Origin: Camelus ferus | Taxonomy: Eukaryota | Assembly: GCF_009834535.1 (NCBI RefSeq) | Contig: NC_045696.1 | Location: 99,388,001-99,452,000 of the forward strand | DNA length: 64,000 nt | Direction: 5' to 3' | In this document: positions 13,560 through 26,283 of the stretch, one piece after another | How positions within the stretch are numbered: position 1 is the stretch's first letter | How the letters are laid out: each line of letters opens with the position of its first letter | Position numbers and translations under genes: made by a program | Notes under the pieces: model-generated | What the model was told of the DNA's origin: nothing | Databases searched by the model: none | The model's input: the letters and a program-made list of their open reading frames with translations, nothing else

Positions 13560-15613
13560 GAGGATTGAGGGCCAAGGAGGATTAGCACATTACCCGTGGC
13601 CCTGGGGCCCTGGGGTCTTCTGTCTGATTCCAGGACTTTGAAAGAGAATTTTCCTAATAAATAAAAGAATTTGAAACAGGATGTCTTGCATGTGATCAGC
13701 TCCATAGGGTGTCTCTTGAAACAGGATGTGAACAACTGGAAGTGAAATGGAGGGACCTTGGAAGGGAATGAAAAAGGGACCTGAGTGCCCATAAATCTCA
13801 TACTCAGAATACCTGAGGGGGCTACCTCCATCATGAAAGACCATTCTTCTCAAACAATTTATTGTACTGACTCTTTTAAAAACATAGATGAACTGAGGGA
13901 AGGCAAAAAAGACAAGCAGAAAGCTTAGGGACTAGGCAGTGCATATTAAAAAAAAATGTGAGTGGTCATCGCACAGATGTGTACAATAACCTCTCTTCAG
14001 GAGTGGCGTCCCCCTTCCTTTCCATCTGTTTCTTACTACGAGCCTGGTCACTCCAGGAACGTTTGTCCCTTCTGGAATTAGGCCTGTTTTAGGGATTGAA
14101 AAATGGCATGGATGGTTTTTTTCCATTTCCTGGTCCTCCCCATTACATAAGGCACTCAACTTAAAAAAAAAAAAAAATTCTGCTTGGCGTCTCCACTTCA
14201 GGGTGGAAGGCTGCTAATCTTAATCCACATTTCTTTCCCTCTTGACGTACTTTCATGGTGATCAGTGGTGATGGCACAAAAGGGTTCTCAAAGTTGGATT
14301 TCAAAGTTTACATTGTACGTCCAAAGAATAGTAAAGCCTTCTTAGAGATCTAGATGCCATTCATTATTTTCTAAGTTTTACACCTTTTTTTTTTTTTTTT
14401 TTTTTTGAGTAGAGGAGAGGAGACATCTGGGAATAGGGAAAGAAAGAGAAGACACAAAGACCAAATTACTGCTTCAGTTGCCATTCCTGAATGCTTATTA
14501 GGTGCTAGAAATTGTGATAAACATTAAGTATGTCATTTCATTAGAATTCTTACTAGAAGCTATTTTTTTCCATTTTACATATAAGTGAAGTAAGTAAAAG
14601 TATACTTTAAGAAATCTGCCACAGCTGGTTAGTAGAAAGCCCCTCTATCCCCAGAACTTTTGATTTCAAACCTATGTTTAATCACTATAAAATCTTCCAA
14701 ATTTCCTTTTTACAGAACTTCAACAGTAGGAAATCTATAATAAATTATGAATATGCTATCTCTATTTTAAAGTTTTTTCCTTTGTATCAATGTGAAGACT
14801 CTATAGATTTATAATGGAAAATATATTTTATATTTTACAGATCTTAGAAAATTCTTTCTTTGAGGTTGTCATCACAACATAATTATATCAAGTATATGCT
14901 ATATGGGTTTTTAACAAAGGAACTGTTGAATTTTTGTATACTTTTATATTGGTATGGTACTTTAATAAATATGTAGTTTATTAGAGTGAAGAGAATAGTA
15001 ATCTGAAAATAGAACCCCCAAAATTGCCAAAATTTAATATCAAGGAAGAGAAAGAGAATGGAAATATTGATAGAAGATCAAGAACCCAGGTTAGCAAAGG
15101 TGCTAAATGACATGTTGGCCCTCTTTTCTGAGAACAGGAGAGCTTCCCTGAGCCTGTGGCTAAAGATGGAAGACTGGGAGATAGGATGGTAGGCGAGTGA
15201 TTCATGGAAGAGAGGTCTGCCATACGGAGAAGGTGGAGAATGCATTGGTAACTAGTTAGGAGAAATCAGTGAGTAATCAATCAAATGGAGATGAGTAATC
15301 AAATGGAGAAAGAAGGGGGAAGGTTTTGACTGATGAAGGTGCTGGCAATGGGGATAGAAAGAAGAAGGCATCCTCAAAAGATAGGAAAATTCTGGGCAAC
15401 GATGGTTGAACACAAAAATAAAGGAGCAAAAGGTGTAGACAATGATTGCCATGTTTATAGCATGTGCATGATTTAGATGGTGGACTTACTGAAGTAATAA
15501 TACATAGAAAAATAGGCAGGTTTATGAGGACAAATTCAGTTTTTTTATTGTGTCATGTTTATACTACTGTGGTGCACTTAAGTGGAACTTTTAACATTAG
15601 GAAAGGACTCTAA

Positions 15614-15780
15614 GGTGGGGAGGGTATAGCTCAATGGTAGAGTGCAAACTTAGTATGCACAAAGTCCTGGGTTCAATCCCCAGTACCTCCATTAAAATAA
15701 ACAAACCAATCAATCAAATAAACCTAATTACCTCTCCCCCCAAAACAAACAAAAAGGTGTTAGGAAAAAAAAAAATTTAA
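15614..15780 (+). mobile_element. Vic-1-like tRNA-derived SINE
   Basis: ggggagggtatagctcaatggtagag...gggttcaatccccagtacctcca...aacctaattacctctcccccc. Perfect 12-bp TSD aaaggactctaa (15602-15613 / 15781-15792). Confidence 0.95.
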
Positions 15781-16257
15781 AAAGGACTCTAAAACTGATT
15801 GAAGAATTCTATCCTACTTTTACAAAGCCTTCTGAAATCTAATTATACCATGTTAAAATTCTGTAATTGGTATTTGAGATACCGTGTTGTATAAAATCAC
15901 TGTGTTTAGGAATTCTATGAAATTCACTTAAAATTTAGAGAACATTTTAAATTGCGTTAATGATCACAGATAAACTTCTCACTTTTATCTGTTTCCACTG
16001 GCTTCAATAGGTCAAAAATTTTTTAAAAGACAATCTAATAGCTTCTATATTTGACTGATATTTTTGCTTTCATGACTTAACAGAAAAATTTGGCTTGTCT
16101 AAATTAGACAAATTTGTATTGTCAGAGAAGTTTTTCACTGCAAAAGTCTTCCATTATTCATGGACTTCATTTTGATAAGTCCTTGCTTCCAATTAGAAAC
16201 TTCAACTTTTATTTCCCCCTGTCTCCTTTTGGAAAATAATGTAATGCCTTTGATCAT

Positions 16258-16730
16258 TGTATCAATTGGCTTTTTTTGCAGTGTAACTAACCATGCCAAA
16301 ATTAAGTGTTTTAATACAGCACTCAATTTATTTAACTCATGAATCTATAGGTCTGTTGGGAGGGCTGGGCCAGCTCGATGTGTCTCAGATGGCTTCTCAT
16401 AGGCATCTGTGGTCCACTGGTGGATTGGCTGCTGGCTCACTGATCTAACCTGGCCTCACTGACAGCTGTTTGCAGGTTGTCTTAGTTATTTTTCACATGG
16501 CCTCTCATTCTTTGGGGCATTGGCTCAGACTCATTACATGGCAGTCTCTGGGTTCTGTACACAAGAAGGTAAGCCCCATTGCACAAGTGCTTTTTAAGCA
16601 CTTCCTCACATTATACTTGCAAAAGTTCAGTCAGCCAAAACAATTTATACCACCAACTGATGGTCAATATGGAGGACATCACAAAAGAATGTGAATAAAG
16701 GGGAGAAATGAAAATTGATAGTTTGTGGGC
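16258..16730 (-). mobile_element. MaLR solo LTR (MLT1G/H-like)
   Basis: gtgtaactaaccatgccaaaattaagtg...tttatttaactcatgaatct and aagccccattgcacaagtgctttt are typical reverse-strand MLT1 motifs. Confidence 0.7.
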
Positions 16731-16796
16731 AAGTACAAGACTTTGGATTTGGAGGCTTAGTGAGATATGTAAAGTTGAATTCTTCACAATATTCTT

Positions 16797-16981
16797 ATTT
16801 TTTTTTAACAAAAATCAAGTCATAGATTTATTCCAGCTTTGTTTTTTGCAGGGGAGGGGGGGAGGTAATTAGGTTTGTTTGTTTATTTATTTTGATGGAG
16901 GTACTGGGGATTGAACCCAGGATTTTTTGCATGCTAAGCACACACTGTACCACTCAACTATGCCCTCCCCACTGCCCCTAA
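16797..16981 (-). mobile_element. Vic-1-like SINE with extended non-consensus tail
   Basis: ggaggtaattaggttt...ggaggtactggggattgaacccagg...ctatgccctcccc. Flanked by aatattctt (16788-16796 / 16982-16990). Confidence 0.9.
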
Positions 16982-16998
16982 AATATTCTTCTGAATCA

Positions 16999-17676
16999 TG
17001 TACCAGTCTCTGTCAAGCTAGGAGACAGAAACCAGACAAATTTTATTAAGAAAAGTTTTATATAAAGCATTAATAACAGGGCATTGATATGACAGGACTG
17101 ATTACTAAGCATAAAGAAAACTACAGCAGAGAGAAATAGTGAATTTAAGGGAAAGCCACGGCCCACCCACAAGGCTGAGACAGCATATATTGGTGGGGAG
17201 GGACAGATTCGGGAGACTCCTCTCCCCTCAAGGCTGAGATTAGACTTAACTGGAGGGAGCGTAGCTATGACCCATTAGATAGTGGAAAATTTCACTGAGA
17301 AACACAAGGACAAGGCTGGCAGTCAGGAAACCATCCAGTAGGATGCCAAGAAAGTTCAGCAGGAAGCTGCCCGTGGTGAGTGTTGCTGAATTAGCTGAGA
17401 AGCTGCCCGTGGGGATGTCACTGACACTGGCTGTGGGTGAGCTTCCCTGGAACTGCCTTGCCTAGCTGAGATTGGCAGGAGAGGAAAGGAAGGAAAACAC
17501 CAGAACAGGAATACAAGCCCTTCCTACAGCATCAGCCCTTCAGGGCCCTCTACTGGCAGAGCTTAACATTTTGCCAGCAGGCAAAGGAGAAAATATACAA
17601 GGTCCAGCTCCAGTTTATAAGCCAGGGCAGTGAAGGGTGGATTTAAAGCTGAGACAATAAATTGATTACTGGCATA
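16999..17676 (-). mobile_element. Old ERV solo LTR (LTR78-like; name tentative)
   Basis: gccctctactggcagagcttaacattttgccagcaggcaaaggagaaa...gaagggtggattt...caataaattgattactggca resembles a recalled eutherian LTR terminus. Internal gaagctgcccgtgg repeats. Confidence 0.55.
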
Positions 17677-17827
17677 CGTAGGAAACACATATGCAAAAGA
17701 CAAGTGGTTAAGCGAATAAATTCATCTGATCATTTCCTACGGGATCCAAATACAAACAGCAGCTGGATAAAGCTGAGCATGATCTTTGCAACATATGTTT
17801 AGAAGAAATAGTAAGTTATCTTTGACA

Positions 17828-18207
17828 TTTTTGTTTGCTTATTTTTTTTTTGTTTGCTTGTTTTTGAGACTGAAACAGCACAGGCTTTATTTAATAGCCA
17901 AAGAATGGAGAAGAGGGAACCTAGCTCGCAAATCAACTTCTCAACCCAATTCTGATGGAGACACCAAATATGTAGGAGGGTTGAGGTAAAAGGGAGTCAA
18001 TTGGAAAGAGTGGTAGGAATATTCATGACTTATCTGAGAACAGGGATGTGGTTTGGACCCAGAACTCTACTTTTCAGGCCTTGTATGGGCTTTTCTGGTT
18101 GTTGTCATGACAATCATCAACCGCCACGGCACTGGTGGGTGTGTCATTTAGCATGCAAATGTATTACAATGAGCATATAATGAGGCCCAGGGTCTATTGG
18201 AAGTCAC
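17828..18207 (-). mobile_element. ERV1-type LTR U3-R fragment with poly-A tail and long TSD (L1-mediated retrocopy)
   Basis: ERV1-LTR-like motifs (ggcactggtgggtgtgtcatttagcatgcaaatgtattacaatgagcatataatgag). Minus-strand AATAAA at 17886-17891, sequence ends 20 nt later at 17866, A-rich tail 17828-17865. TSD atctttgaca (17818-17827 / 18208-18217). Confidence 0.8.
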
Positions 18208-20459
18208 ATCTTTGACAATTTTTTGAAATATGACTCCTTTATATCATTAACATTGAATATTGGATCAGCATGTGATATTTATCCTGCAAATTGCTTTATT
18301 GTCAATGCCAATAAAATTTTACTTTCACCTGGCAGGAAAGTTCATTTCTCATGTGATTACCTAGTATTATAGGTTTTTCACCAGTAAAATGTATGTTATT
18401 TTTCACATTGAAAAATTATTTTTCCAATCTTGAGGGAAGTTTAAGTATATCTTCAATACTTTATGCAAATTGGCATTTAGAGTATGCCTGGAGATGACAA
18501 GAATATTAAAAACTTAGGATATTACTATTATAAGGGCCATTAAATTGTACTGGGATTAACTATTTCCATATACCAGAAAGTTAGTAAATTGTAGCTAAGT
18601 GGCAATGCAAGCTTAAAATTGTGCCCTAAACTCTTAAACTGAAACTAAAAAAAAAAGAAGAATTTTCTATATATGGACAACTTGTATCTTACAAGCAATA
18701 GAATTAATGTCGTATAATTCAGACTTAATTACAAAAAAATGTAGAGTCCTTTTCTTGGGGGGATGTGAATTAGTGACGAGTTGAAGACTTGCTTAAAAGG
18801 GAGAAAGAGCAATGGAGAAAGAGGGGTAGATTAGAGAGCAAGCAGCCTTATTTGGTGTCAGCAGGGAGCTGATCAAGAAAAATGATGTCCAAGAAAATGT
18901 TCTTCAGAATAGAGGAGTTCAAAGAAAGTACAAATCAATGCCAGTAATGACACCAAATTAAGTTCATCCTGTTCCTTCCTAAGCTGGTCATACAATCAGG
19001 CCAGCTTCCTTAAAAATGTGTTAGTGATGTTAGTGGGATGACTACAGAGTTATGGTCCATGCAACATAGGAGAATTATAAAAGAGGGTAAAAATTTTAGG
19101 TTAGGTGATTGGTTAAAATCTGAAATATACGGTGGAGAAAGTAAATGAAAATATGTTAAGAAAAAATGAAGAATTTATTGATGTTAAAGCTACTTTGTAA
19201 CTATCATTTTGAGCTCATGTTGTCAAAAATAAATGAATTTTTTAGTTCTATCCCCAAATATTCATCTACCCTACCTTTAGAAATTATTTGTTCTGTAGGT
19301 GAAATTCTGATTATTCCAAATTTTAATCTCTGATACTCCTCTTCAAAGTACACAGGTATTTTTGAAGAGAAGCTTCAAACTTTTTTTTAATTTCTAAACT
19401 TACTAAATTAAGTAAACCTGTTTAACTCAATACTATAGGACACATTTCAGGAAAAGGCATTAAGTTACAAAACTCTGAAAATTCTGTGAAAGGAAGGAAT
19501 GGAAACTTACTATTGATCTAGCAAATAAACCTAGACAAAAAACAAAATGGAAAAAAAAAAAAAAGCCAAAAACCAAGGCTTGGAGAGTATTGACATGAAG
19601 TTGAATCTTTTTGGAAGTCTGACTCCAGATACATGTCCCAACCAAGAATCACTTATTCCATAATAAAAAGATCTGTAACCCAGATAGGCTGTGATGGTGT
19701 CTTCTTCCTTTTGAGTGTCTTTTGATTATTGTGAGATCTGAAGAGAAGTATAGATGTGCCCAGTAGTAGATATGTTAGGTCCTTGGTGTTAGTATTTTGA
19801 TGCTAGGCTAAATGCAAGTATAACAGTGAGTTTTAGAATAATTTTGATAATTTATCTATTTTTCCAGTTTAAAATATCTTAGAGCCTTTGCAAGAAGTTG
19901 ATTTGTTTGATTTATACATAAAATGTGTTAATTTGTATAAGTACAATTTGTGTACTTAGAAAATTTTTGTGTATTAGGTTTATAACTACATAAATGAACT
20001 TCTCCATGCACACATGCACGAAAGCCTTTTGGGCATTAAATATAATATCAAATCTTGAATCAATAGCAAGGAAAGCTGTTTAATAAGGTCTTGATGAAAA
20101 TGTGTTATTTGACCAAATTGTGGTCAGTCTCTTTGATTGGGTTGAGTGATACCTGGCCAGAAAGTAATGCTTTCTCTATTGTAGATACAGAATTTGGTTG
20201 TGCTGTCAGGAATATTTTAAATTTTCTCCAAAGTACGATAATTACAAGGACTATAACTTTTTTTAAAATTTGAAGACAGTTTCATATAAGAGCCAGCTAA
20301 GTTACTGTTTTTGCCATAGAATTTTCAAGAAGAGGTTTCTGTTCTACATGGATGAATGTGAGAATGAAAGAAGACTTTCATTTTATTTCCTTAAACACAG
20401 ATGATTTATTTTATTTGGAATTTAAGTATTAAAAGAGCCACTCATTAAAATGCCAACCC

Positions 20460-20812
20460 GACACCTATGAGGGGGACAAGGTGGAGGAGGGGACTTGTGT
20501 GGGCGGAGCCTCAGACTGCAGTGTGGTTGTGAGTCTCCAAGGGCTGATGGGGAAGATTAAGGAGAAATAACAACTAAATATAACGTGGGATCCTGGATAG
20601 GATCTTGAGATCATTAGAGGATCACCTGGTGACATTTAATAGGCTCTGTAGTAAAGTTAAAGGCACTGTGCCTTGTTCATGTGTTAGCTGTAATAATGTC
20701 GTAAGGTTGTGGGATAAGTTAACAGTCGGGGAACTTGGGTGATGGGTATACAGGAACTGTCTGTACTATTTTGTAACTTTTACCTACATCTAATATTCAA
20801 AATAAAAAATTA
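20460..20812. mobile_element. LTR16-like fragment (about 20460-20552) abutting a plus-strand L1MC/MD 3' UTR fragment (about 20555-20812)
   Basis: gggcggagcctcagactgcagtgtggtt, then acaactaaatataacgtgggatcctggataggatc...gggtatacaggaactgtctgtactatttt...aataaaa. Confidence 0.65.
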
Positions 20813-21129
20813 AATGTAAATAAGTAAAAATACCTCCAAATATAACATCTATTATTTCCAGTTTTAGTGTCTTGAAATGAAGTAAAAACTTCAAGATGCT
20901 TAACAAGCTGAATGCCTACAACAACAGAATCCCCAAGCCCCCTAAATTACGTGAACTTTAGCCCAGATTCTGTCAAGGATATTTATCATATGACTATTAG
21001 GTGTAAGAAATGAGGCACTTAGGAAGAACCCATAATACTAAAGATATGGTTCTTTAACTTCAAAGGCTCTAGTGTAAGAAATGAATAATTACAAAGGAAA
21101 AAAATAAAAAGTTAAAATAAGGAGTGATG

Positions 21130-21785
21130 ACGGCTGCCTGGGCTTCCAGGAGGAGGTGAAATTAAACTGAGTCTTTAAGGATGCTTAGAAGTTCATTTAG
21201 CAAAGATGTGGGTGAAGAAAGATAACTCTGGGTGGTGCATGCCATGGGCAAATGCATGTGCACTGGGAAAATACAGAAGTGGTGAGTAAAGCTTCTATCT
21301 CCCAGAGTGTTTTGTAATACAATTAAAAGAAATGTTGGAAAGAGGTTGTATGTGGTCATGAATGCCAGGCCAAGATATGAATGAATATATTAGTATAATT
21401 CTTCAAAATAAAAATCTTTTCAGTGGGAGTTGTATAATGAATGCTTAATAATGCTAAGGCATTGCACTCGGTGTGAGAGATGTAGAGGTACAAGACATGG
21501 TTGAAGTATAACTGTTCTTCATAAAATGGGCAACTGTCCCTCTCTGCCTGTTGAAAGCTTGCTCATCCTTTGAGGTCCAGCTCAAATGCTGTCTCTTCCA
21601 GAAGCTGCCCTACTCAGGAGTAATGTGCTCACAGGTCTTCCTCCTTGTACCGAATTAGTGTACATGCCTTGGATGATGGTTTCACAGACTGAGTTCTTTG
21701 AGGACAGAGATGCTGTTTTTCTTTTCCCGAGCTGTTTTCTTGATGGCTCCAAGGAGCAACACTGGCACACCCAACTGAATGAATG
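21130..21785. mobile_element. L2 relics (two fragments)
   Basis: ggcttccaggaggaggtgaaattaaactgagtctt...gaatgccaggccaag. Also tcatcctttgaggtccagctcaaatg...tttgaggacagaga...tgaatgaat, the L2 3' end. Confidence 0.65.
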
Positions 21786-24700
21786 TTGCTGAGAAGACTG
21801 GAAGAGGAGTTAATCTTTTTGAGGTTGTCTGTGGTATTTTCTACTCTTCTGTGTCAGACACTGCTTCTGGTTACCCAGTCTACTACACAAGTTGGCTTTT
21901 AGTATCTGAGTCGGGCAGCCTGCGTGTTTGGAATGGAAATGAAAATGGTTCAAGGATGTTGCTCTCTTACCATTCTATACCTGCAGTCTCTTAAGTTTGG
22001 ACTTCATTTATAAAAGATGGTAGAGAATAAGATTTTGCACAGATTTCTATTAATTGAGAGCATTAGAACAGCAACCTACTTGGGCTTTAGCTCACTTTCA
22101 GCCGAGCTCTGTGTGAGATGTGATTAGTCCCATTCAGCTCAACACCAAAGCTATTTCTCAACTATATTTAGAAATGGAGGTCTTCTTTCTCTCTCTCCTG
22201 AAACACCAGATTGCTTACTTACACTAACGATAGAAAACATTTTTTCATAAATGCTTTCTAGTCTCTGATATGATTCTACGTATATTTTAGTTGCTTACGA
22301 CATTTTCTAATTATCAGTGAACAGTTAGTAAATATGGTTATCATTTCTGCGTATCTGAATCATATGCTAGAAGCAATAAAGATACTTTGAGCTATGAAAC
22401 CTATAGACAACATCTATCATGTTATCATGTCAATATCATATCTATATTGGGAAAGGTAATGCTGAGATGATTGATCAGTGATTCTTAACGGTATTTTTGT
22501 TGATTTCCTGCCGATTTTTCCTATTGCTCTTTGAGCTCCCCCCCCCCCCTTTTACATATCACACTATTCACAGTCTGGCAAAAATTTGCAGAAAAAGTAT
22601 CCAAGTGATGGGCTCACAGCAGGTGCTGGATCAAACGGGCCTTGTTCTCTGGCCCCTGGGAAGTCTGCATGGATCAGAGGGATCCAGGGACTGCCCTTCA
22701 GATGACCTGTAGTAAAACTGCAGAGGACATGCTCAGTTTCTCTCCATGGATAAACAAAGTATAGATGAAATATTTTTGTTAGCTTGTATAGAGGGATTTA
22801 TTTTATATACACCCCGCCTGTCTGTACAGTTGATTGAAAATGGCATGAAGTAAATCTTGTCTAATAGATACTTACAGAAGAATATCATTTAAATATCTAA
22901 CTGCGTAGAGGTCACTGTTTTTACCTTTTGATCTTTGTAAGGATAGACTGGTTTCAGCTGAATGTGGGACAGAAAAACCCACAAGAAATGTAAGGGTTGT
23001 ACAGTGAAAAAAATACATTCTCAATAACATGCAGCTTGAGGTCATCGTGAGTTTCATCATGAGGGGAAAGAGCTATGTCAATTTTGGATTTTACCCATAG
23101 AGTTTAGCAATATTAGCTTCTAAGTATGGTACTTGGCTGAGATTACACTGATAAATATCTTGCCTGTTCATGGAATATCAAATGATTTTTTGTTGTTTAT
23201 TTGGATCTTTATGAAGATTATAATTTGACAAATGTTTGAACATCTATTTATAAATGGCATTGTTTTAGACACTAAGAATGCAAAGAAGAATTGATGTAAC
23301 CCCTGTCTTCACAGACCTTAATAATTCAGTCAATTAGTAAAAGTGAAGAAAAATGAGAGTAAAAGAAAATGGACTAAAAATGTATCCTACTTAAAAGATT
23401 AAAGTTCAAACAGTTTTGCTATTTGGGGAACCTCAGATCTTTTTTATTTCTCATCAAGGTAAAAGGTGATCTTTCCCTAGTCTCTGGTCAGAAACAGTTC
23501 TTTATATGACGTATATAGACAGAGTGAAGAATTTATCTTCATATTATTTTAATTAAAAATGTTATTTGATTTAATGTTTTTATTAAATAGCATAATGAAC
23601 ATATGGACCAATACTTAGGTTAATATAGTGAATCTTCTATGTCTACATAATTCTCAAAGCTATAGAAATATTTTAGGTCTATTGTCTTCAAATTAGAAGG
23701 GAGCACATGCTACTCTTACAGATATTCCTTAACATTTATGGTTACAGAATTCAGCTTTTATGGAGACTGTAATTTTAAAATCTTCAAATAAATGTCCAGC
23801 TCTGTTCTTCCCAGAAGAGAACATACAATTAAAAAGTCTCCCATTCCAGATGTAAAAGAAGGCTATATTTTCATTTTAACCTTTCTACCCACAACTAGTT
23901 TGATACTTCCCATAATTTTTAGAATATATTAGGAAAATGTTGACACTACATTTACTTAACATCACATAGGTTTATGATTATAAATTTTCAAGATAACATA
24001 GTTTACACATTATAGACATGCAATCTCTTGTGACATAGGGGGCAATTAAGATTAAAAACAGATAAAACAGAGTAAAGATTGATACCTTGAGTGGCAGATG
24101 CAATTTGCCTGTGGTTTCTTGTATCTGAAATACTTCAGAATACTTGCATATTTATACATGCCTTCCCACTGAAGTAATAAAGTGCGAATTATACAAGCAA
24201 ACCATTGGATTTTCACTTTGTAAGACCAACACTTACTGGGAAGATCGCATATTAATTTTGAAGTAACCTGTGCTTATATGAGGATTAAGCCTGTTTAGAA
24301 TATGATTTTCAAAGTGATCATTGTTTCAGGTTAGCCATTTCCATCATATTTATATGATGATATAAATCATATTTATATATGATACCATCATATTTTTAGT
24401 CTCAATAGCAGGGAATTATTGCTACTGCTTTCTGTAATTTTTCAGTTCTACTGCTTTCTTGCTACAATAATTTAGGTAGTTAAGTCATATGCTTTATAGG
24501 AATTTATAATTTCAGGTCTTTCTTTAAATATAACTCTGAAGCTTATTTTTGAGTTGGTAACCAGAGTTAGTTAATGAAAACATTAAAATTACAATAAAAC
24601 ATTTTGAAATTTCTATGAAAAGTAATTCAATTCAATGTGACTTTCTGTTAAAAGGCAAAGAAACATTCATAGTGTCAAAAGAAAAGAAGCCCTGATGTAT

Positions 24701-26071
24701 GAACTGAATGCTAGTATGAGATCGTCAAAACAGTCATCTCTGAGACATTCATGCTAGCCTAGAATACATCAATATGGTCAGGCCAAAGTCTGAGAAAATT
24801 GAGAAATAATTTATATATGTCCTTCTTGTATAGCTTTTACAGTGAAACTTAGCTTCTTCAGCCTAACTTGGAAGAAAATAGCCAGAATTAGATACTCTTT
24901 TAAATTTAATGTCATTGAAAAATTTTAGCACACTTGTAATTTTAACAAGGCCTAATAGGAGTCCTTGAAAGACGTTTCTGTATGAATGGCTAAGAACTAT
25001 TTATGATCAGTAAATTGATTATAAATGGATGTCTGTGTGATACTTAGGGGGGATATTAAGCCAATTTATTCCTTTAAGATGTTTAAAACTTTCTGCTATA
25101 ACGTTAGTTTCACCATTAATTTGCTAAGAAAACATTTGCTTCAAAGATGCTACACAAGTAAACATAATACCAGTTTCAGCCGAAACGACCACAAAAACAG
25201 AAATAACATCATTCAATTTAGGGAGAGATTTTTGTCTGTTAAGAATTTAAAACCCTTGAAATAAAATAACTAATTTTTGCTATAAAGATCTACTTAGGTT
25301 GTTGCCTCCTATTTTCCCCTTAGGAGTAATTTCCCTGATTGTTTATGGGCCACGTGATCCCACCAACTGATGCACACCAGGCTGAGCAAGGCCAGCCTCT
25401 TTTGGGCCATTGACTGTCTGGCTCATATCTTCCCAGTTGGGAAGCAGGGAAGTGGGAGTAGCTTCATGCTTAGAAGATCTTTCAGTATCTGCAGGAGGGG
25501 ATTAAGTAAGGACGTATTCACCTGACCTTAAAGCAATGGGGTGGAGAATAAAAATTCAAATTGTATGTGTACATAAACATTTCTAACGATTCATGGAAAT
25601 GCAGAGTTCACTAATTTAAAGACAGGAGTATTTTCTCCTACTGTTGAGGACTGCACAGGAGTACATTTTTCTACTAAGTACTTCATTTATTTCCTCTTTC
25701 TCGCTCTTTTTTTTTTTTTTTTTTTGGAGCTACATCAAGTATTAGAATTAAAAGATTCCTTACAGACTGAAGAAAATATTTAAAGATGTTGCTCTTGTGG
25801 AATATGAAGAAAAAGCTTGTTAGGAAATAGAATTTCTGGCAAAATAAACAATTTTTAGCTCAATCCTCCACTGTTATGAATCAATAACTTTCATATATAT
25901 TGGTCTCACAGATTTGGTGAACTTTCTAGAATGGATTTCTAAGAGGATTCATGGAAAGGCATTTTTCCCTGTTTGTTTTTTTTCTTCCTCATACTTGACC
26001 AGTTTATTTGGGTGAATGTCAGTAGATATATAGCTATTTAAATTTAGATGGTCCTTTTATTACCTATAACT

Positions 26072-26283
26072 TTAATCCTCAAAGTATGATTCTTAGACTA
26101 GCAGCATCAGCACATTCTTAGACTAGAAACCTCAGCATTACTTCAGATCCTGTTAAAAAAAAAAAAGCCAATTCTTGGGCTTTACCCAGGGCATACTGAA
26201 TCAAACTCTGGGAGTGTCACTTAGCAATCTATGAATTCTAGTCTAGGTGATTCTGACACATGTTAACATTTGAGAACCACTGC
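26072..26283. mobile_element. MER5A-like hAT-Charlie MITE with internal tandem duplication
   Basis: ctcaaagtatg...gcagcatcagca...tactgaatcaaactctggg...aggtgattctga...tttgagaaccactg. attcttagactag..c.tcagca occurs twice. Confidence 0.8.
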
